NCBI RefSeq assembly: GCF_006345805.1
Contig: NC_042998.1
Location: 176,266,001 to 176,330,000 of the forward strand
From: Octopus sinensis
Taxonomy: Eukaryota
DNA: 64,000 bases
Reading direction: 5' to 3'
Under the pieces are notes generated by a model that was given only the letters and a program-made list of their open reading frames with translations, was not told the DNA's origin and made no database searches. Numbering within the stretch: position 1 is the stretch's first letter; every line of letters starts with the position of its first letter. Below, piece after piece: positions 12,450 to 21,896 of this stretch. Both the position numbers and the translations under genes were made by a program.

Positions 12450-13166
12450 GTAAAGTATACTAGCCATCTCAATATGGCTAACCACTAAGGGTGGGTGTTA
12501 CTGTAGCTTTTAGCCCCAGGAGATCATCGTCTCCAGTTGGCTTTAGGCACACTTTCTGTACCCTTATGGTATTTGCAAAGGGAGGTCATCCCTCTCTCGT
12601 AAATCTAAGTGATACGCACGGACTGCAGTTTCTAGGTATTTGCCTGTTGTCAACGTACGGCAATCACCGGTTTTCGATGAAGGGAGACCTGTTTGCAAAT
12701 ACTTATTTATTGTTTTTCCCAGTAACTTCCGTCACTGTTTTCGAAAAACTGTCTGCAAGCAATAATAAATCTCTGAACGAGATGTAAACAGTAACTGCTC
12801 GACAACGTAAAGTATAATAGCCACCTCAATATGGCTAACCACAAAGGGTGGCTGTTACTGTAGCTTTTAGCCCTAGGAGATCATCGTCTCCAGCTGGCTT
12901 TAGGCACACTTTCTGTGCCCAACAGGCAAATACCTAGAAACTGCAGTCCGTGCGTATCACTTAGGTTTACGAGAGAGGAATGACCTCCCTTTGCAAATAC
13001 CATAAAGGCACAGAAAGTGTGCCTAAAGCCAGCTGGAGACGATGATCTCCTGGGACTAAAAGCTACAGTAACAGCCACCCTTTGTGGTTAGCCATATTGA
13101 GATGGCTAATATACTTTACGTTGTCGAGCAGTTACTGTTTACATCTCGTTCAGAGATTTATTATTG
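12450..13166 (-). mobile_element. HHR-containing ~356-bp tandem unit (retrozyme-like or PLE pseudo-LTR) with a terminal inversion
   Basis: Unit 12450-12805 restarts at 12806; 12920-13166 is an inverted copy; homologous to 45640-45836. Confidence 0.6.
12615..12659 (-). ncRNA. Candidate type I hammerhead ribozyme, U3-A8 core variant
   Basis: Minus strand: cgtacg-TTGACAA-c-agg(caaata)cct-a-GAA-ACTGCAGT-C-cgtgcg; 6-bp stem I, palindromic stem III, GUC site. Confidence 0.65.
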
Positions 13167-13215
13167 TTATAAATGCCTCTCCTGAAAAAGTCTCAGAACT
13201 TTTGGAAAGCACGTC

Positions 13216-13246
<31 letters not shown>

Positions 13247-13329
13247 CATTCTCTTTTACTTGCTTCGATTAAAACCTTGAAGGGTTTTAATCGAAATAAA
13301 TGGCTACCAGGATTCATAATTTTAAACGT

Positions 13330-13488
13330 AGTGGTTATTCTATTAGAACGACTAAATGAACATTTGAGACAATATGTCGACAAAAAACAGTCCTTCATAC
13401 TCATACGCCAAGGAACAACATGGAGGCAACCTGGGTCAACTTGATATCCGCATCTTATCCAAGCACCCAAAGGATCCAATACTCAGAC
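13330..13488 (+). pseudogene. PLE GIY-YIG endonuclease fragment (tentative)
   Basis: ERLNEHLRQ then, after a frameshift, YAKEQHGGNLGQLDIRILSKHPKDPILR, resembling the C-terminal half of PLE GIY-YIG domains. Confidence 0.45.
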
Positions 13489-13600
13489 ACGTTTCGAGCC
13501 TACGCTCTTCAACAGAAAGGAACACGAGGAAATAAACAGATAGAGAATAAAAAAAAACTTGTGGATTTAGCGATCAATCATAGCGAATGAGTGTCTTATA
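13489..13600 (-). mobile_element. PLE pseudo-LTR fragment with truncated HHR motif
   Basis: Minus strand: CTGTTGA-a-gagc(gtag)gctc-GAA-ACGT; same family as 42989-43015. Confidence 0.55.
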
Positions 13601-13605
13601 AATAA

Positions 13606-13656
<51 letters not shown>

Positions 13657-13680
13657 GTGTGTGTGTGTGTGTTATATATA

Positions 13681-14102
13681 GGATCTTTTCGGTTTGAACG
13701 GCAGTTTTTTAAAAATAATTTCCATGTAACTAAACACTTTTACATTTCGTATACTGGTAGAATGTGTTTATAAAACATCTTTTTCTCTTGGCTTTATTGA
13801 GAAAATTCTATAGTTTGTAAGATATTTGTTGTTGTTTTTCTTCAATTTCTGCAATTTCAACCAATCAATGACGTCTATTGAGTTGAAAACATTCTGTGTC
13901 GTATGAAAATGTCCCTCGTTTAAGAAACAGATTGAGTTTATTTACATTTCTGAAGAAAAAAGATACCCTTCCCCCACCCCTAACCCTAAACCTAACCCTA
14001 AAATAGATTGAAATGCAATAGATCGATACTAGGGTCATAATTATGGGTGACAATTTTTTATGACACCGCTAGAAAAAACTGCCGTTCAAACCGAAAAGAT
14101 CC
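13681..14102. mobile_element. Tc1/mariner-type MITE
   Basis: ~30-bp TIR ggatcttttcggtttgaacggcagtttttt, TA flanks on both sides, internal TAACCC repeats. Confidence 0.85.
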
Positions 14103-15035
14103 TATATATATATGTATGCATATGTAAGTGTGTTTGTTTACGTACACATATAAGCACATATACATACATCATACATACACACATGCATCCATACATAAAA
14201 AGTAATACCAGGCAGGAAAGTTCTCGCAGATTCCTTATGGGATATATAAGAATGTACATGGATTTCTAAATACTGGTTTTTGTCAGGTAATTATAAAAGG
14301 AAATCCATGCATACAAACGTCCATACATACATACACAGAGAATGCATATATGTATGTATACACACCTGCTTATACTCACACATATACGTATATATTCATA
14401 AAAAATAAAAACACAAACACACATACAGAAACACGCAGACACACACAATCAACCTCCCACACACACACTACGCACACGCACACAGACACACATACACACA
14501 CACAACTCTCTGTGTGGTGTGGCTGGATACGTGATAATAATGTATGTATGGTTGAAAGGCTGAATATCTGAGTTGGATGTCAAGAAGTTGAGCTGTGTAC
14601 GTGGTATTTATAATAGAAATAACTACCACCGCTTAGAGCCAGCAGCGAGCGTCTTCTGAACTTTTAACCTCGCTGGAAAATCATTGTTTTGGTCTTTCAT
14701 TGGCTTTCTTGTTTTTTTTTCATTTCTTTTTTCACAAAAAACTTTTTGTTAACATTTCTCGCTGCTTGCCTTTTGTCGCGCTACATCATCGTCGTTATCC
14801 CTCGCTATCAAGGATGATCGTCTCCTTACCCTGTGCTAAATATAGACTAAACGAAAATATAAAATAAATACAACATATGAATAAAACAACGTGAAGACTG
14901 AAATGCGTGTAGGTATCTATGTTTCTTAGAGGGATTTATTTCAAGTTTTATCCTCTGCAAAATTTAAAGCGGTGACAACGAAAATGGCGGCAATGTTCTT
15001 TTGTTTAAGTCAAAAGAGCTCTTGGGGTTTGTAGT

Positions 15036-15788
15036 TACCTATTTCTTTATTAGCCACAAGGGGCTAAACACAGAGAGGACAAACAAGGACAGACATAGGT
15101 ATTAAGTCGATTACATCGACCTCAGTGCGTAACTGGTACTTAATTTATCGACCCCGAAAGGATGAAAGGCGGAATTTGAACTCACAACGTAACGCAGACG
15201 AAATACCTATTTCTTTATTACCCACAAGGGGCTAAACACAGAGAGGACAAACAAGGACAGACATAGGTATTAAGTCGATTACATCGACCTCAGTGCGTAA
15301 CTGGTACTTAATTTATCGACCCCGAAAGGATGAAAGGCAAAGTCGACCTCGGCGGAATTTGAACTCACAACGTAACGCAGACGAAATACCTATTTCTTTA
15401 TTACCCACAAGGGGCTAAACACAGAGAGGACAAACAAGGACAGACATAGGTATTAAGTCGATTACATCGACCTCAGTGCGTAACTGGTACTTAATTTATC
15501 GACCCCGAAAGGATGAAAGGCGGAATTTGAACTCACAACGTAACGCAGACGAAATACCTATTTCTTTATTACCCACAAGGGGCTAAACATAGAGGGGACA
15601 AACATGGTCAGACATAGGTATTAAGTCGATTACATCGACCTCAGTGCGTAACTGGTACTTAATTTATCGACCCCGAAAGGATGAAAGGCAAAGTCGACCT
15701 CGGCGGAATTTGAACTCACAACGTAACGCAGACGAAATACCGCTAAGCATTTCGCCCGGCGTGCTAACGTTTCTGCCAGCTCGCCACC
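15036..15788 (-). repeat. Tandem array of SINE family B (units of 168/183/168/183 bp plus head)
   Basis: Units start at 15036, 15204, 15387 and 15555; alternate units lack aaagtcgacctcggc. Confidence 0.95.
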
Positions 15789-16059
15789 TGGATTGGCCTG
15801 ATGTGTATGTATGGATGTTCGTGGAGGTAAGCTTGCACTTGTGGGTGCACGTGTTTATAGAACACAGATGTATGCTTCATTACTGCTAATGGGCGCACGT
15901 TTATATGTAATCAATTTACATATTTGATTGTGTGTCTATATTCATTCACGAACCTCAAATAAAGAATCCTGTACTATGTATGTATTCTGTATGTATATTC
16001 GTATGCATGTATGTATGTATGTATGTATGTATGTATGTATGTATGTATGTATGTATGTA

Positions 16060-16477
16060 TTCTCTTTTACTCTTTTACTTGTTTCAGTCATTTGACTGCG
16101 GCCATGCTAGGGCACCGCCTTTTTAGTCGAGCAAATCGACCCCAGGACTTATTCTTTGTAAGCCTAGTACTTATCCTATCGGTCTCTTTTGCCGAACCGC
16201 TAAGTAACGGGGACGTAAACACACCAGCATCGGTTGTCAAGCGATGTTGGGGAGACAAACACAGACACACAAACACACACATACATATATATACATATAT
16301 ATATATATATATACGACGGGCTTCTTTCAGTTTCCGTCTACCAAATCCACTCACAAAGCTTTGGTCGGCCCGAGGCTATAGTAGAAGACACTTGCCCAAG
16401 GTGCCACGCAGTGGGACTGAACCCGGAACTGTGTGGTTGGTAAGCAAGCTACTTACTGCACAGCCACTCCTGCGCCT
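16060..16477 (-). mobile_element. SINE family A, full length
   Basis: Complete head, central gagtggatttggtagacggaaactgaaagaagccc domain and tail; 45-bp flanking duplication. Confidence 0.95.
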
Positions 16478-16745
16478 ATGTATGTATGTATTCTGTATGT
16501 ATATTCGTATGCATGTATGTATGTACGTATGTATGTACGTATGTATGTACGTATGTATGTATGTATGTATGTCTACATACACACACGCGCACACACACAA
16601 CACACACACCACACACACACACACACACACAAGAGGGTGCTGAAAAGACTGAGTAAAAGCAAATACAAGAGGCTCAGTGAATTACAATTTTATTCAGCAT
16701 ATTCCCCTCTCAGATTCACACATTTATTGCAGCGGTCCTTCAGTT

Positions 16746-16783
16746 TTTCTGCGAGCTGGCAGAAACGTTAGCACGCCGGGCGA
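16746..16783 (+). mobile_element. SINE family B head fragment
   Basis: gcgagctggcagaaacgttagcacgccgggcgaa. Confidence 0.75.
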
Positions 16784-17192
16784 ATCTAGAAGCATGATTT
16801 TACTTACGGGTTCACTGCTCCCTATTAAATCTCTAAGGTGCCGCTCATAGTTTTCTAGGTCCTTTTAATCTAAGGAGTAGTTCTGTGTTTCAATATCATA
16901 GTAGCAGGATGTTGTGCCTGTTTAGTCAAATTTGAAGAGGGTTGCTTTCGAGCGCATGAACTTAATTGGGTCTTAGGCTTGCTCCAGTTATTTCCTGATG
17001 TAAATTGATTTGAATGAGACGAAATGCTTTTGGTGGAGTCCTGTAAGCAGTATAAACCTATATCTATAGACACGCAGGCATTCAGGCACACACGCACACA
17101 CACACACATATACACACACACATGCACACACACGCACCCACACGTTATTTAATGATGAGTTATTTTATGATGCTTTTATACATTTCTAATGT

Positions 17193-17540
17193 GAAGGCAC
17201 ATGGCTCAGTGGTTAGAGAATCGGGCTCGCAATCATGAGGCAATGAGTTCGATTCTTGGACAAGGCTGCGTGTTGCGTTCTTGAGCAAGACACTTTATTT
17301 CACCTTGATCCAGTTCATTCAGATGTAGAAAGGATTTGCGAAGTCACTGGTGCGAAGCTATATCGGACTTTGCCTTTCCCTTGGATAACGTCAGTGGCGT
17401 GGAGGGGGAAGGCTGGTATGCATGGTCAACAGCTGGCCTTCCATGAACAACCTTGCCTGACTTGTGCCTCGGAGGTTAACTTTCTAGGTGCAATCCTATG
17501 CTCATTCATGACCGAAGGGGGTCTTTACCCTTTTACTCTT
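17193..17540 (+). mobile_element. tRNA-derived SINE (family C-related head)
   Basis: tggctcagtggttag...gagttcgattc A/B boxes followed by gtgttgcgttcttgagcaagacacttt. Confidence 0.8.
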
Positions 17541-18198
17541 TATACATTCTAGAAGTAGGACAGTTTTTGCTTCTAATATATGTTCTGCTGTCATTCCCTA
17601 ACTCGGTTTAGTAAGGTTTTCGACCATCCGTTATTAACTATCATTTTCCCGGCGCGTAAGGTTTCCTTAAATTTCTATATTGGAGGAAATAGGAAATTTC
17701 GTCTCAGAACAGAGTTGACCGCAAACATTTTGTATCTCTTGAGACACGTGTGTTCCCCCACGTGTGTATATATGTGTGTGCGTAGGTGTGTGTGAGTATC
17801 TGTGTGTGAGTGAGTGTGCGTGTGTATTTGTGTGCGTGCGTGCAATTGTGTTAGTTTTGCACCGCTTGATGGCCGGTGTTGTTTTACTTACAGCCTCATA
17901 ACTAGCAGTTTGGCAAAGGAGGCAAATAGGATCTGTTCAACTTCCGGGTCATCTCTACTGAATGTCACCACTCTGTTCTATTTTATTTTTTGTTTACTGC
18001 CTGTGATGCATATTACACGCTTTTTTTTTTTTTTTTTTTGGTTCTCGCGTCGAAGTAACCAGTAAACATCGTAGAATCAACACTAACAAGGAAGAAATAT
18101 TATTTACATATATTTATTCGTTGCCCGACGTCGATGTTTTATTAGATTAAAAATAACATTATCAAAACATGAAGGTAAAACAAAACAAATATGCTTTG

Positions 18199-18611
18199 GG
18201 ATCTTTTCGGTTTGAACGGCAGTTTTTCAATATAATTTCCACGTAACTAAACACTTTTAAACATTGTATACTGGTAGAATGTGTTTATAAAACATCTTTT
18301 TCTCTTGGCTTTATTGAGAAAACTCTATAGCTTATAAGTTATTTGTTGTTGTTTTTTTCTTCAGTTTCTGCAATTTCAAGCAATCAATGACGTCTATTGA
18401 GGTAAAAAAAACATTCTGTGCCGCATGAATATGTCCCTCGTTTAAGAAACAGATTTACATTTGTGAAGAAAAAAAGATACCCTTCCCCCCACCCCTAACC
18501 CTAACCCTAAAACAGATTGAAATGCAATAGATCGATACTAGGGTCATAATTATGGGTGACAATTTCATATGACACCGCTAGAAAAAACTGCCGTTCAAAC
18601 CGAAAATATCT
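18199..18611. mobile_element. Second copy of the Tc1/mariner-type MITE
   Basis: Colinear with 13681-14102, same TIRs (right one degenerate). Confidence 0.85.
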
Positions 18612-18763
18612 ATGCTTTGTTTTCTTCCAGACACCAATATACTGTACCCGTAGTCATTCACCTTGTTCACCAGCCGACCTTTCCTCTGAAAAAATCAGTG
18701 GAATCAGTGGATCTCCATGCACAAATTATTTTCCTCTTGAAACTTATAAAAAAGTACACATTC

Positions 18764-18841
18764 TTAAGCGCACCTTTCTATAAGCCGCACACTAAATTTT
18801 CCAGGTAAAAAATAGCGGTTTATACACCAGAAAATACAGTA
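18764..18841. mobile_element. pogo/Tigger-like DNA transposon end (tentative)
   Basis: Ends ...gcggtttatacaccagaaaatacagTA with taagc(c)gcac sub-repeats. Confidence 0.35.
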
Positions 18842-19417
18842 ATTGTAGTGGCAGTGATAAGTTCGCTCGCTGGTTACTAGTTGATAGTGTAGAAGTGGTT
18901 GTCTGCCGGTAGGGAGAGAAAGAGTAAGGAATGCACAGTGCTGACTAGAAAGGAAGAAAGGATAAAGGTGGCATCGTCTTCGTTCGTTATACAAACAGAA
19001 CAGAATAGAGATGTTGTTCCTTTTCGATTATTATCGCAAACAGTAGTAGCTTTCTTCAACTGAATACACGTCGATGATTGGTTGAAATTATCGGAATACA
19101 ACAACTTTAACACCAAATAACTTCTAAAATACGAAATTTTGTCAAAAACATTCAAAGTAAAACGTGTTCTGCGTGAGAAATTCCATTGGTATACGAAGTT
19201 ACCAACTGTTTAGTTAAAAAAAAATTAAATACAAAGTCTGTGCGCCAAATTGAACAGGTCCGGCAAATACGATAATGGAATCTACTTTTTTTTTATTATT
19301 ATTCAACTCTTCAAGGAAGTACCCAGTATGGTTGTAGTCCAATGAGTGAAACAAATAAACGAATTAAAAAATGTTATATTCTTGTATTCCGGTTGGAATA
19401 TATTAAAGGAATAGATC

Positions 19418-19650
19418 AAGGCGGCGAGTTGGCAGAAACGTTAGCACGCCGGGCGATATGCGTAGCCGTATTTCGTCTGTCTTTACGTTCCGAGTTCAAA
19501 TTCCGCCGAGGTCGACTTTGCCTTTCATCCTTTCGGGGTCGATAAATTAAGTACCAGTTACGCACTGGGGTCGATGTAATCGACTTAATCCGTTTGCCTG
19601 TCCTTGTTTGTCCCCTCTGTGTTTAGCCCCTTGTGGGTAGTAAAGAAATA
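19418..19650 (+). mobile_element. SINE family B, full length with 17-bp TSD
   Basis: Head ggcgagttggcagaaacgttag...gagttcaaattcc; CORE-like gcctttcatcctttcggggtcgataaa; TSD atatattaaaggaatag at 19398-19414 and 19650-19666. Confidence 0.95.
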
Positions 19651-20309
19651 TATATTAAAGGAATAGCTGCTCCCCTCACACACACACACATACTCACTCA
19701 CACATACTCACATACACACAAATACATACTCACAAACACATACACACAGAAACACACATACAGAGATACACACATGTATAGAAATATGTATGTATAAGGA
19801 GAGAGAGATGCGCACACCTCTCAAATATTATTTATTGACCTCAGGATATACAGACACAGATTCATGTAAGCACCCATACAAGGACACACACGAACACACA
19901 GATACACGCACACATACACACATACGTACGCGCGCGCACACGTACACACACACACTGCGGAGCATAGCAGCTTAATTTCAAAGGTCTGTCAGTACAAGCG
20001 TTGTGTATGTGTGTTTTCGAGAATGTTCGCTGGCACGGCGCGAGAAGAGTGAAAAGGTTGACTTAACACGTTGCCTTTCAAACTGTTACAGTGACCTACT
20101 TCTACCAATTCATAAACTCGCGGATGGAAGGTGAATGGGTCAACGGTAGCTAGCTATAACTATGTTTGCGGGTAGAGGTCAAAATCATTTCAGGCCATAA
20201 ACCCTGTGAAATAAATCTATTCATAGTAATTTTATTCTCTGGATTCTTTATAATACAAACCTTTTAACAAATACAATATATCACTATAAACTTCCATCTG
20301 ACTTATAAC

Positions 20310-20389
20310 TCCACGACGTCGTCTTCGTCGTCGTCATCCTCCTCCTCCTCCTCCTCCTCCTCATCATCATCATCATCATCACCACCACC

Positions 20390-20423
<34 letters not shown>

Positions 20424-20458
20424 CCACCACCACCACCACCACCAACACCACCATCATC

Positions 20459-20490
<32 letters not shown>

Positions 20491-20625
20491 TCTGCCCTCT
20501 TTCTCCGCCTACTCATCTCTTCTTCTTCATCATCTTCTTCTTCTTCATCTTCTTCTTTTCTTCTTCTCTTCCTTTTTCTCCTCCTCCTCTTCCTTCTTCT
20601 TCTTCTTTTCTTCTTCTTCTTCTTC
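20310..20625. repeat. Compound (CCT)(CAT)(CAC)(CTT) microsatellite
   Basis: Direct inspection. Confidence 0.95.
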
Positions 20626-20835
20626 GTGTAGGATTGAAATATATTCCTCACGTGTCCATTTTTGCTTTTTTGATTTTATTTGTGGGACATGAGGAATAAC
20701 GTCCGGCCTTTTATTTTGATGGTCATCATTTTCGTAGGATACCGGTCCGTTCATTTCTGGTGTTAAATGTTTTTGCACGTTTATCTTTTCGTACTTTTTG
20801 TGTAACAAGTTTAAAGTACCGTACTTCTTGCAATT
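20625..20835 (-). pseudogene. Possible N-terminal fragment of an R4/Dong-like LINE ORF
   Basis: KKQKWTREEYISIL resembles the KWT-x-EE motif seen near N-termini of such ORFs; short. Confidence 0.3.
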
Positions 20836-20841
20836 AATATC

Positions 20842-21290
20842 TTTAGCACGCCTGGCGAAATGCTGTGTCATTTTGTCCGTCGCTACGCTCTGGGTTGAAA
20901 TTCCGCCGAGGTCGACTTCGTCTTTCATCCTTTGGGGTGGGGTGGGGGGTCGATAAATTAAATACCTATTTCTTTACTGCCCACACAGAGAGGACAAACA
21001 AGGACAGACAAAGGGATTAAGTCGATTACATCGACCCCAGTGCGTAATTGGTACTTATTTAATCTACCCCGAAAGGATAAAAGGCAAAGTCGACCTCGGC
21101 GGAATTTGAACTCAGAACGTAGCGACAGACGAAATACTGGTAAGCATTTCGCCCGGCGTGCTAACGTTTCTGCCAGCTCGCCTAAATACCATTGAAACAC
21201 TGGCGTCGATGAATTCGACTAATACTCTCCCGCCAAATTTTAAGCCTTGTGCCTTTAGTAAAAAAGATTATTATTATTATTATTATGAAA
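20842..21290 (+). mobile_element. SINE family B variant with (TTA)n tail, interrupted by a younger antisense B copy
   Basis: Plus-strand body 20842-20960 resumes at ~21190; taaatacc repeated on both sides of the insert. Confidence 0.7.
20966..21182 (-). mobile_element. SINE family B (nested insertion)
   Basis: Complete head to tail on the minus strand. Confidence 0.9.
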
Positions 21291-21832
21291 GCCTCTCGGA
21301 TAATTCTTAATTACTGGTTATTCTTTACTTGAAAGCAGACAATAACAAATCACCAAAGGTTTCAAGTAGTGCCTTCTCCTGTGACTCAAAGAGACAACAG
21401 TCTCCTTAGAATGCTGTCTTCTGGATCATTTCGAGCCTGACAGCAACTCCAATATTCTTAATATGTTTCTCAAAGCTCTTAGAAACTGCTCCTAATGCTC
21501 CAGTTACCACCGGTATCACCATTACTTTCCTCATGCCCCATAACTTTTCTATCTCGTCTCGCAGTGGCTGGTATTTCTCAATCTTTTCTGCTTCCTTATA
21601 TTTCACCCTCGAATCGCCTGATATCGCAACATATATTGTCTTTACTTCTTTTTCATCTTTATGGATGGTTACGATATCTGGTCGTCTCGCCTCTATGACT
21701 AAAATCCTAGATTATTTTGTAATGTTCATTTTCCATTACTCCCTCTGGCTTGTGTTCATACCATTGTTCGGCTCTCTCGAGGTTTGCTTTGCCGCACAAC
21801 AGCCAGTGGACATATATGGCCACATTGTCTTG
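21290..21832 (-). pseudogene. R4/Dong-clade non-LTR retrotransposon, 3' fragment (restriction-like endonuclease domain)
   Basis: DNVAIYVHWLLC...WYEHKPEGVMENE...RRPDIV...AISGDSRVKYKEAEKIEKYQPLRDEIEKLW...IPVVTGALG: PD..D/KxxKY RLE signature; (TAA)n on both sides. Confidence 0.85.
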
Positions 21833-21836
21833 TCTC

Positions 21837-21896
<60 letters not shown>

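Noticed and set aside
12773-12809. Opposite-polarity HHR-like motif CTGAACGA...GACAACGTA in the retrozyme-like unit (would imply ambisense ribozymes)
   Set aside because: One-nt insertions in both core halves and no credible stem I.
15036-15788. CRISPR-like regular repeats (also 1561-2040)
   Set aside because: Whole units repeat with no unique spacers, in a eukaryotic context with no cas genes.
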